64,000 bases of DNA from a virus (Duplodnaviria; Caudoviricetes). The translations under genes were made by a program, and so were the position numbers. The DNA is taken from the IMG/VR virus record IMGVR_UViG_3300028197_000002; one strand, written 5' to 3'. The notes under the pieces are model-generated. The model did not search any database and had not been told where the DNA came from. It was given only the letters and a program-made list of their open reading frames with translations. Each line of letters opens with the position of its first letter. Position 1 is the first letter of the stretch. This document shows, piece after piece, positions 47,077-55,326 of the stretch.

Positions 47077-47892
47077 TTTTCTTTGCCTTCTGTATATTCT
47101 AATTTTATTTATTTTAGATATTCTACTTAAAATTTCTTTCCTGTTTAAAGAAAGATGTATTTTTCCTTGAGAATATCTTTTACTTAACAACGATGTGCTT
47201 GTGTTGCATATAGTTTCTGTTAAGCCACACGAGCAACAGGGCTTGGTGCCTGTGATTGAAGGTGCTCCAGCGCAACCTTCATCCGCTACTGTTTGAGAGG
47301 TGTAAGAAGGTCCTCCTCCGCAAGCTCCACCGCCACCACTAGCAGTTACGGTAAAAGGACCCGGACCACAGCAGCAAACAGATCCTCCTACACAACCGCC
47401 AGTAGTAATTCCGCAAGGACTGTTTGAAGACATAGTAATGCTTGTGAAATAGCAAGGAATTGAGCAAGATCCTGCTAAAGCAAATAAAATTTGATCATCT
47501 TCATTGGCGAGAACGTTTAGCTTGCTTTTTGCTTGTATAAGAGATTGATCTAGTTGAAAACTTGGAGCTTTTGGTAAATTTTTAATTCCTAATTTTTTAT
47601 TTAAATTATTTAAAGATAACAAGTCTTCTTTTTTTGCATTGCTTCTGAACTTTTTGCTTTCGATAAGTTCTTTTATAACATCTTGGTCAGTTTTTTTAAT
47701 TTTTCTTTTAAATTTTATTCCAAGAATATTATAAGTTTTATATTTATAACTTGATGAACAGGGGCCGTATGGAGTTGTGCACAGATATTTAAATGTAACA
47801 GAGTCGCACGTTCCCTCTGGAGGACACTTGACGTCGCAACATCCTGCGCATCCCGGACTAGCACAACTTACTTCCCAACTACAGCTTGTCAT
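47068..47892 (-). CDS. Cys/Gly-rich protein of unknown function
   Basis: About 22 Cys in two clusters flanking a Lys-rich linker. Confidence 0.55.
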   Translation of the reverse strand: MTSCSWEVSCASPGCAGCCDVKCPPEGTCDSVTFKYLCTTPYGPCSSSYKYKTYNILGIKFKRKIKKTDQDVIKELIESKKFRSNAKKEDLLSLNNLNKKLGIKNLPKAPSFQLDQSLIQAKSKLNVLANEDDQILFALAGSCSIPCYFTSITMSSNSPCGITTGGCVGGSVCCCGPGPFTVTASGGGGACGGGPSYTSQTVADEGCAGAPSITGTKPCCSCGLTETICNTSTSLLSKRYSQGKIHLSLNRKEILSRISKINKIRIYRRQRKLR

Positions 47893-48146
47893 TTGAGATC
47901 TCCAAAAAATCCTTCTGGATACTCCATTTTAACAACGCCTTCTTTAGAAGGTTCTCCTGTGTCTGGATCTTCCACCCACCACCTTACTTGTTGAACTTCT
48001 ATCCCTAAATCTTCCATATGGCAGTCATCCGACTCAGCTACAGGCATGTTGTATCTTTGCCCGTCAAGCAGAACTGTTACGCTACAATGACTATCTTTTT
48101 TATTAAAAAGACGACAATTGCCACAATTTTTTTCTAATTTTTTCAT
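47889..48146 (-). CDS. Small Cys-containing hypothetical protein
   Basis: CGNC..F...C...C pattern; ATGA overlap with the Cys-rich gene. Confidence 0.6.
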   Translation of the reverse strand: MKKLEKNCGNCRLFNKKDSHCSVTVLLDGQRYNMPVAESDDCHMEDLGIEVQQVRWWVEDPDTGEPSKEGVVKMEYPEGFFGDLK

Positions 48147-48209
48147 ATTGTAAACTTTTCTATAACATAGTAAGATAATGCACTTTTAATTAATTCTATA
48201 GGTACTTAA

Positions 48210-48809
48210 ATGATTTGCGTAGCAGGCCAAATGCGTTCTGGAAAAAATGTAGTTGGCGAATATTTATGTAATAATAAAGATTATACTTTAGCATCTTTTG
48301 CAAAGCCTGTAAAAAAAATATTTTGTGATGCTTTTGGAAAAAACCTAGATTTTGTAGAAGAGTGGAAAGTCGAAAAAGACCCACCAGTAGGCTTTCAAAA
48401 GCCTACTAGACAAGCATTACAATTTATTGGAGATGGTTTTAGACAAATAAAAAATGATGTTTGGATTGAATATGCTATGCGTAACAACCCTGAAAATGCG
48501 TGTTTTACTGATGGTAGATATATAAATGAATTGAAGGCTGTGCGAAAAAAAGGTGGAAAAAACATTTTGCTTTGGAGACCGGGATATGAGAATGATGATC
48601 CGAATGAATCGGAGGCTCAAATAAAAGTTCTTGTTGATTGGTATAAAGAAAAATTTTATAAAACTGGAGTCCAAGGCCAGATAACTAGATCTAGATTTGA
48701 TAGTTGGGATGATCCTGATTATCCAAAAGGGACTGAGTATGTAGATTATTTTATTATAAACGATGGCGGTATATCTCAAGTTTATGATAAATTGGACGAG
48801 CTATTTTAG
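48210..48809 (+). CDS. Deoxynucleoside monophosphate kinase (T4 gp1-like)
   Basis: GQMRSGK P-loop, SFAKPVK, RQALQFIG, DVWI and TDGRY.NE motifs. Confidence 0.88.
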   Translation: MICVAGQMRSGKNVVGEYLCNNKDYTLASFAKPVKKIFCDAFGKNLDFVEEWKVEKDPPVGFQKPTRQALQFIGDGFRQIKNDVWIEYAMRNNPENACFTDGRYINELKAVRKKGGKNILLWRPGYENDDPNESEAQIKVLVDWYKEKFYKTGVQGQITRSRFDSWDDPDYPKGTEYVDYFIINDGGISQVYDKLDELF

Positions 48810-48929
48810 GAAATTTAATAGTGAGTTTATTTTTTATTCATGTTGGATTTTTAACTATTTTTTTTATAGTTCAAGTTATTATTGGAACTTTTGTAATATA
48901 TTTAAAAAATAAATAAAGGATATAAATTT

Positions 48930-49397
48930 ATGAATATTTCTGTTGGAAGCGATCATCGTGGATATAAATCTAAGGCAAAGATTATTGAGTTCCTTGAAAA
49001 ACTTGGACATTCGGTCAATGATGTTGGGGCGAATAATGAAGACAGTGTAGATTATCCAGATATTGCCTCTATGGTTGGACGAAGTATTTCAGATGGTTTG
49101 AGTGACCGTGGAATTTTAATTTGCGGTACTGGAATCGGCATGTCTATTGCTGCTAATAAACACAAGGGTGTTCGAGCCGCAATTTGCAATGACATGGTTA
49201 CTGTTGAGATGAGTCGTCGTCATAACAATTTAAATGTGCTTTGTTTATCATCTCAACAGCCGCAGGTAGAAGATTTGGTTTCTATCTGGTTGGAAACTGA
49301 GTTTGAAGGCGGTCGTCATGAGCGACGAATCAATATGATCTCAGAATTAGAAGAAGATAGCGACCGGTTCCGTGGTCCTCCGAGTTGGCACGTTTAA
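48930..49397 (+). CDS. rpiB: Ribose-5-phosphate isomerase B
   Basis: GSDHRG, VDYPD, ILICGTGIGMSIAANK, RRHNN.NVLCL and FEGGRH.RR motifs. Confidence 0.97.
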   Translation: MNISVGSDHRGYKSKAKIIEFLEKLGHSVNDVGANNEDSVDYPDIASMVGRSISDGLSDRGILICGTGIGMSIAANKHKGVRAAICNDMVTVEMSRRHNNLNVLCLSSQQPQVEDLVSIWLETEFEGGRHERRINMISELEEDSDRFRGPPSWHV

Positions 49398-50059
49398 TCT
49401 ATTATTTGTCTTTGAACAGTTTTGCCTAATTGTTCAATTCTTTTTTCTGTATAGACCTCAAATTTCCATCCTCTAACTTTGCAGGCTTCTTTTGCTGCTT
49501 CCCATTTATTTTTGTTTACTTCTAGCGTGGTTTGAGATGAAGGTTTGACTTCCCATAATTCTTTGTGTCCATCCATAAATGTTATAAATAAATCAGGGAT
49601 GTAATCATGTGCATGTCCTTGGTGTAAGTAAGGAACCTTGAATGGTTCGGCATAAAAAGATAAAACATTGTCGTGTTGATCAAGTATCTTATATACTTTT
49701 TCTTCCAGTCCAGACCTGTATTTTATGGCTTTTCCAGTTTTTGTGGATGTATAGGTTCCTTGTTTGAATTTGGGCTTTCTTGTTTTTTTCTTTTTCCCTT
49801 TAAAGTCATGCCATATAATTGCTCTGTTTTGTCCTTTGTATTTTTTAAAATCAAAACTGGGATGTTTTGCTTTAAAGTGCATCTTCATGTCTCGAACAGG
49901 AGCTTGACAATGCTCTAGTGGACAAACAATGTATTCTCTTCCCTCTTCATGTTCTTCGAGAAGGTGTTCTTTGAACTCATAATATTCTTCAAACTCCATT
50001 CCACAGCAAAAACACTGGTATTTTCTAGAATTGTTATTGTTATTAAATGGTAATGTCAT
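49394..50059 (-). CDS. TnsA/T4 gp4-like PD-(D/E)xK endonuclease with two N-terminal C2H2 zinc fingers
   Basis: YRSGLE, EPF..PY, YIPDLF, EVKP and KWEAA motifs. N-terminal Cx2Cx12Hx4H and Cx4Cx9Hx4H. Confidence 0.75.
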   Translation of the reverse strand: MTLPFNNNNNSRKYQCFCCGMEFEEYYEFKEHLLEEHEEGREYIVCPLEHCQAPVRDMKMHFKAKHPSFDFKKYKGQNRAIIWHDFKGKKKKTRKPKFKQGTYTSTKTGKAIKYRSGLEEKVYKILDQHDNVLSFYAEPFKVPYLHQGHAHDYIPDLFITFMDGHKELWEVKPSSQTTLEVNKNKWEAAKEACKVRGWKFEVYTEKRIEQLGKTVQRQIID

Positions 50060-50376
50060 TTTTGTTTAATTTCTGATTTGTCTATTACTTCAATTTCATC
50101 TAAATCTTTAATCGTAAATATCAACTCTTTTCTTTCATCTTTTGAATCCAAATCAAAAGCTTTAAATGTCGCATCTTTGCAAAATTCTTTTTCATCTTCA
50201 TTTGGGTTTTTCATTTTTGCGAAAGTTAATCTGCTTTGCTCAGGTGCTCCATATAGTTTTCCTTCTTTTTTAAAGAAAAACACTAATCCATTATCTTCAA
50301 TAGCACAATTTTTATCAAAATTTTCTTTGATATTGTCCCAATTATTTAATAATGTTCTAAAACTAGAAAAATGCAT
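50056..50376 (-). CDS. Hypothetical protein
   Basis: GGAGG Shine-Dalgarno supports an ATG at 50376 rather than the TTG at 50391. Confidence 0.6.
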   Translation of the reverse strand: MHFSSFRTLLNNWDNIKENFDKNCAIEDNGLVFFFKKEGKLYGAPEQSRLTFAKMKNPNEDEKEFCKDATFKAFDLDSKDERKELIFTIKDLDEIEVIDKSEIKQK

Positions 50377-50405
50377 AAAAAAATCCTCCAACTCTATATA
50401 TTGCT

Positions 50406-50798
50406 ATGGACAATTTATCGTTTACTAATTTTTTAAAAAATGAAGAAGCTGGACTTCTAGATGCTCTAAGCCAGCAATTAAATATTAATTTAGATGATCT
50501 TAAAAAAGACCCTAAATTAGCATCTTTCTATTCGTTTGGAGCAATTACTCATAATATTGGTTCTTACGTGATTTTAGATTATAAAAAAAATAGAGAAGGG
50601 AAAATAACTCATGCATTAGTTAAACAAATAAATGATCCAAAAATGAAAAATGTTCAATATCGAAACAATAACATTGTGAAAAATTCTCACGCAAATAAAA
50701 AGTTTCTTGTGTCAATCGAAGATTTAGAAAAATTAATGCTTCAAGGACAAGACAAACCGGCAGACGCAGGTATGGGAATGATGGGAGGAATGATCTAA
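50406..50798 (+). CDS. Hypothetical protein
   Basis: Starts MDNLSFTNFLKNEE and ends in a Gly/Met tail. Confidence 0.6.
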   Translation: MDNLSFTNFLKNEEAGLLDALSQQLNINLDDLKKDPKLASFYSFGAITHNIGSYVILDYKKNREGKITHALVKQINDPKMKNVQYRNNNIVKNSHANKKFLVSIEDLEKLMLQGQDKPADAGMGMMGGMI

Positions 50799-50803
50799 TG
50801 GTG

Positions 50804-50983
50804 ATGAAATTTAAAGAATGGCTGTTGGCTCAAGAATCCACCACAACAGCATCTGTAGCAACATTTGCTCGCCCAGTAGGAATGATGGTTAGAAGAAAGT
50901 TTTCAAATCCAATAGCAATAAATCCTAAAGATGATGCAAAAAGCATTGTTAAAAAATTAAAACTTTTAAACATTGATGAATAA
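50804..50983 (+). CDS. Small protein with an N-terminal MKFKEWLLAQE motif
   Basis: The motif supports the start at 50804. Confidence 0.55.
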   Translation: MKFKEWLLAQESTTTASVATFARPVGMMVRRKFSNPIAINPKDDAKSIVKKLKLLNIDE

Positions 50984-51034
50984 TAACTTTTCAAATACAA
51001 TGACTTTATTAAAATCTTAAATTAGAGAAGTTAT

Positions 51035-51898
51035 ATGTATATTCTTGAACAGTACGACGCGTCCTTAAGAGACATTTTGCGTATAGGCGTTTATCAAAAA
51101 AATAGAACAAACCATGCCGCGTTGTCTGTTTTTGGTATGCAAAAAAAGTACAGAATTGATGAGTATTTTCCTCTATTGACGGGTAGGAAAATATGGCCAA
51201 AAGCCATCTTTGCAGAGCTTCTTTGGTTTATCTCTGGATCTACAAATAACAATAATCTTAGATCTTTAGGTTCTAAGATTTGGGACTTATGGTCTAATGA
51301 AGAATTTGAAAAAGAAAATGGCTATGAGAAAGGAAGCTTGGGTCCTTTGTATGGCTTTCAATTGCGTCATTTTGGAGGAAGCTATAACAAAGGCGTAGAA
51401 GACGAAGTTGGTTATGGCCATGGAGGATTTGATCAATTAGAAAATATGGTTAATTTGTTGAAGACAGATCCTAATTCTAGAAGAAACTTATTTTCTTTAT
51501 GGAATCCAAATCAAATAAAAGATATGAGATTGCCTCCATGTCACTATACGTTTCAAGTTTATGTTAATGAAAATAAATTAAGTGGAATGCTGACTCAAAG
51601 ATCTTGCGATTTTCCTATCGGCGCACCAGCAAACATCCAATTTTACTCTTCTTTGATTTACATGCTGGCCCAACAGTGTGGATACGAACCTTATGAGTTT
51701 ATTCATTCTGTTGGAGATGCTCACATATATGTAAATCAAATAACGCAAGTAGAAAAATATTTAGAACGAAAGTCCAAGCCTGAATCGCCTAAATTAAATT
51801 TAAAAAAGGCTAAAGACATATATTCATATTCATTGAGTGATTTTGAAATTGAAGATTACAATCCATTGAATCCTATATCCATTCCTGTTGAAGTTTAG
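51035..51898 (+). CDS. thyA: Thymidylate synthase
   Basis: FPLLT, ELLWFISG, LGPLYGFQLR, LPPCH, QRSCD, N..FY and GDAHIY motifs. Confidence 0.97.
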   Translation: MYILEQYDASLRDILRIGVYQKNRTNHAALSVFGMQKKYRIDEYFPLLTGRKIWPKAIFAELLWFISGSTNNNNLRSLGSKIWDLWSNEEFEKENGYEKGSLGPLYGFQLRHFGGSYNKGVEDEVGYGHGGFDQLENMVNLLKTDPNSRRNLFSLWNPNQIKDMRLPPCHYTFQVYVNENKLSGMLTQRSCDFPIGAPANIQFYSSLIYMLAQQCGYEPYEFIHSVGDAHIYVNQITQVEKYLERKSKPESPKLNLKKAKDIYSYSLSDFEIEDYNPLNPISIPVEV

Positions 51899-51901
51899 TT
51901 A

Positions 51902-52438
51902 ATGATAAATTTAATAGTAGCTTTTGACGACAAGTACTCCATAGGAAAAGATAATCAGATTCCGTGGCACTTTCCAGAAGACTTGATAAATTTTAAAAAA
52001 ATTACTTCTGGTCATGTTTGCATAATGGGAAGAGCTACTTGGCTAAGTTTACCAGATAGATTTAGGCCTCTTCCAAACAGGACTAATGTTGTAATTTCAA
52101 AAGAAAATTTTTCTTATTTTGAAAAAACATTTGGGAATTCTGATTCTGCCTCCCTTGGAAATCATGATAAAAATAATTTCAATTGTTTTTCTGATATATC
52201 CTCGGCTTTAAATTTTTATGAAGGAAAAGAAATTTTTGCCATAGGTGGAAGAAATATCTTTAAAGAATTTATTTCTAATAACTTTGTTCAAAAGATGATA
52301 GTGACTCATGTTTTTGGAGACTACAAAGGAGATGTAAAGTTCCCGATAGAAGAATGGAATTATTTCGAAAACAAAGTTAGTAAAAAAGTTGTTATTTTTG
52401 AGAATGACAAAATGAAGATGGTAGAGTATTACTTATGA
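51902..52438 (+). CDS. folA: Dihydrofolate reductase
   Basis: IGKDNQIPWHFPEDL..FK, IMGRATW.SL, RPLPNR.N and IGG motifs. Confidence 0.95.
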   Translation: MINLIVAFDDKYSIGKDNQIPWHFPEDLINFKKITSGHVCIMGRATWLSLPDRFRPLPNRTNVVISKENFSYFEKTFGNSDSASLGNHDKNNFNCFSDISSALNFYEGKEIFAIGGRNIFKEFISNNFVQKMIVTHVFGDYKGDVKFPIEEWNYFENKVSKKVVIFENDKMKMVEYYL

Positions 52439-53826
52439 CAACGAATGATTATTTAAGTTCTATATGCAAAAATCTTCCTAAGATTGCTGTTTTGGGGGAT
52501 TCTATAATAGACGAATATTACGAGGTGACAGCCAACAGAATTAGCCCAGAATTTCCTATTCCAGTTATGGAAAGTGAATCTATTCTTCCTTATGAAGTCC
52601 TGCCGGGAGGTGCTGGTAATGTTTGCCATCAGTGCAAAAGCTTTTCCCCTAGCGTTCATTTTTTTGGAATTTTAAATGAATATGCACATGAAGTTTTTAA
52701 AGATAAAATGTATATTGGATCTCCTGTTTTGGCTAATCATTTGAATTGTAAAATTCCAATAAAAAAAAGATTTTATGAAGGAGATTTTCCACTCTGCCGA
52801 ATGGATGAGGAATCAAAAAAATACAACTTACGACAGGCAGATTTTTTTGATTCGTATTCAAGTATTTTATCTAAATTAAATTCTACTTTTGATGTTGCTA
52901 TATTTTCTGATTATTCAAAAGGATTTTTTGAAGATTTAGATATAAGTTCTTTTTTTAAAAAAATTCCAAATGCTTTAAAAGTAGTAGACCCTAAAAAAGG
53001 ACCTTTGTTTAAATGGAAAGGTTGTGACATTATAAAGCCTAATTCTAAAGAGGCGGAAATAATTAGTGGTGAAAAAGATTGGAAATCTCAAGCTACTTAT
53101 TTTTCAAAAGAGACGGATTGTCGCAACGTGATAATCACACAGGGAGGTGAAGGGGTAGTTGGTCTTATAGATGGACGTTTTTTTGAATATCGCCCAGACT
53201 TTAGAGTAAAAGCCAATTCCGTTGTTGGAGCTGGTGATTGTTTTATTTCTGTTTTATCTATTTTCGCTGCGAGTGGAGTTCCTATTGAAAAGTGTGTTGA
53301 AATAGCTTTTAAAGCAGGCTCTAAATATGTTACAAATAAGCATAATGCTCCTGTGTGGCCTACTGACTTGATTGGGTCCAAGGTTGTTGATGCTGATCTT
53401 TTAGTAAATAGAAATTTTAAGTTGTGTTTCACAAATGGCTGTTTTGATATTATTCATTCTGGCCATTTGAATTCTTTAAGGTTTGCAAAAGAGAAAGGCG
53501 ACAAGCTCGTAGTAGGTGTTAATTCTGATGCGAGCGTAAATAGCCAAAACAAACATCACCCTTTAATAAATGATATTCGTCAAAGGATAGATGTTTTAGA
53601 ATCTTTAGAATTTGTTGATTTTATTGTTGTTTTTAATGAAAGAACCCCTTTAGGGTTGATTGAAAAAATAAGGCCAGATGTGCTTGTGAAGAGTGAAGAG
53701 TATAAAAATCCTCCATTATATCCACCCATAGGTTCTGAATTTGCTGGAGAAGTTATTTTTTCTCCAATGATCGAAAACTTTTCTACCTCAAATATTATAA
53801 AAAATATAAAAAACAATAATAGATAG
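52435..53826 (+). CDS. hldE: Bifunctional heptose-7-phosphate kinase / heptose-1-phosphate adenylyltransferase
   Basis: PfkB domain (GD.I.DEY...RISPE.PIPV, GGAGNV, SDYSKG, VDPK, PN.KEA, GAGD) followed by TNGCFDIIHSGH, LVVGVNSD.SV and RPDVLVK. Confidence 0.92.
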   Translation: MTTNDYLSSICKNLPKIAVLGDSIIDEYYEVTANRISPEFPIPVMESESILPYEVLPGGAGNVCHQCKSFSPSVHFFGILNEYAHEVFKDKMYIGSPVLANHLNCKIPIKKRFYEGDFPLCRMDEESKKYNLRQADFFDSYSSILSKLNSTFDVAIFSDYSKGFFEDLDISSFFKKIPNALKVVDPKKGPLFKWKGCDIIKPNSKEAEIISGEKDWKSQATYFSKETDCRNVIITQGGEGVVGLIDGRFFEYRPDFRVKANSVVGAGDCFISVLSIFAASGVPIEKCVEIAFKAGSKYVTNKHNAPVWPTDLIGSKVVDADLLVNRNFKLCFTNGCFDIIHSGHLNSLRFAKEKGDKLVVGVNSDASVNSQNKHHPLINDIRQRIDVLESLEFVDFIVVFNERTPLGLIEKIRPDVLVKSEEYKNPPLYPPIGSEFAGEVIFSPMIENFSTSNIIKNIKNNNR

Positions 53827-53833
53827 TATTATT

Positions 53834-54052
53834 ATGAAATTCACAGACTGGCTAGAAATTAGAGAGAACCAAGCAGCAGCGCTCAACAAAACTGCTTTAA
53901 ATATGTTGAAGCGTGGCAATGATAAAAATGTAGGAAAAAAGATAGTTGGAATGTATGACCGTTCTTTAAGACAAGCTAAAGACATAAAAACAGCGGCAGC
54001 TTTAGCCGGAGCAGCAGCCGCAGTTAAAAAATCTCTTGGAATAGATAAATGA
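53834..54052 (+). CDS. Small basic protein with an N-terminal MKFTDWLEIRE motif
   Basis: 72 aa, Ala/Lys-rich. Confidence 0.55.
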   Translation: MKFTDWLEIRENQAAALNKTALNMLKRGNDKNVGKKIVGMYDRSLRQAKDIKTAAALAGAAAAVKKSLGIDK

Positions 54053-54177
54053 AATTCAAAGAGTGGCTAATTTTAAATGAGAAAAAAGGCCCTAAGCCTA
54101 ATTTTCTAAAGCCTAAAGGATTTGTAAAGCCTGCTTCTCCTCATAAAATCAAAAAAGCAACTATATTAAATGTGTAA
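54049..54177 (+). CDS. Small basic Lys/Pro-rich peptide missed by the track (42 aa, MKFKEWLILNEKKGPKP...)
   Basis: Overlaps the previous stop (ATGA) and the next start (TAATG), and carries the shared N-terminal motif. Confidence 0.6.
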   Translation: MKFKEWLILNEKKGPKPNFLKPKGFVKPASPHKIKKATILNV

Positions 54178-54392
54178 TGTCATATACGCTTTATAATAAA
54201 TCCAATAACAATAAGTTAACTCATCCTAAAGTGGGTCTTTGGTTCACTAATAGTTTGGAAGAGGCACAAGGAATGCTTGAATCTTTTTATGAGTATTTAG
54301 ATTCTTCTAATATGTCTTCTTTGAAAGATGACATTGTAATATTTAATATTGATGAAAATAAAATAATTGAAGAATTAAATGAAGCATCATGA
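54177..54392 (+). CDS. Hypothetical protein
   Basis: 71-aa ORF, translationally coupled. Confidence 0.55.
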   Translation: MSYTLYNKSNNNKLTHPKVGLWFTNSLEEAQGMLESFYEYLDSSNMSSLKDDIVIFNIDENKIIEELNEAS

Positions 54393-55326
54393 ACACATGG
54401 TGCTATCTGTTAAAGATAGCATTGATCTTTCTGAGAAAAAAGAACAAAACACGGTAGTGATTTGCACAAGCCAGTGTGATATTAAAGTCATGATGTGGAG
54501 TGTCTTTTCTTTATTGCTAAATGCCAATAATTCTTTTGATAGTCTTGAGGCTTGTATAAATGGATCTTCTTTGAAAGAACAAAGATTATTGCAAGATGCC
54601 AAGCAGAATTTTTTTGAAGATCTTTTGTATGAATATAAAATTGATTTAAATATTCATAGGGTGCTGGGCAGGCAGGGACACTCTCATGCCATAGATAGTT
54701 GCATTCCTTGGATAGATACTGAATACTATACTCTCATGCATGATGATGTCATATTGAAAAATGATTGGTCTGATGAGTTAAAGGATTCTGGTTTTTTAGA
54801 AGATCCTAAAAGATCTTTGATTAATGTTAAGCCTTTTTTTATGATGAAGCCTTTGGCTTTTTGTAATTCTCTTTATCTGGACAAGCCAAAGCTGGGAATG
54901 CCTCATATAAATTCTTCTTTTGTTATTGTTAAAAAATCGGTCGTAGAAGAATTAGGAGTTAATTGGCAAGGATATCATAATAAAATTGATTTCAAGTTAG
55001 AGGGAGAGTGGGCTAGAAAACTTGTTGATTTTTATGAGCCAATAGCCTCTGGAAATATAAGAGAAGGAAATGAATACAATTACCACAACACAGATATAGG
55101 ATCTTGGGTTTGTTATAAATTGTTGATTTCTGATTATAATTTAAAATCAATGAAAGGCGATTTTTGCTTGCACATAACGGAAGGAAGTTGGTCAAGTGAT
55201 ATTGGGCTTGCAATTAGAATAAATAAAAATTATCAAGAAATAGAGAAAGTAGAAAATAAAATACTAAGTTCAAAGTTCGCAGACCTTTATGTTAAATATT
55301 GCGAACATTCAAATATAGTTATTTAA
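54379..55326 (+). CDS. Glycosyltransferase family 2-like protein
   Basis: GHSHAID, YTLMHDDV (xDD), SSFVIVK and TDIGSW motifs. Confidence 0.6.
   Translation: MKHHEHMVLSVKDSIDLSEKKEQNTVVICTSQCDIKVMMWSVFSLLLNANNSFDSLEACINGSSLKEQRLLQDAKQNFFEDLLYEYKIDLNIHRVLGRQGHSHAIDSCIPWIDTEYYTLMHDDVILKNDWSDELKDSGFLEDPKRSLINVKPFFMMKPLAFCNSLYLDKPKLGMPHINSSFVIVKKSVVEELGVNWQGYHNKIDFKLEGEWARKLVDFYEPIASGNIREGNEYNYHNTDIGSWVCYKLLISDYNLKSMKGDFCLHITEGSWSSDIGLAIRINKNYQEIEKVENKILSSKFADLYVKYCEHSNIVI

Noticed and set aside
49394-50059. Tn7-like transposon suggested by the TnsA-like domain
   Set aside because: No TnsB/TnsC, terminal repeats or target duplication nearby; stand-alone TnsA/gp4-like nucleases are common in T4-like phages.
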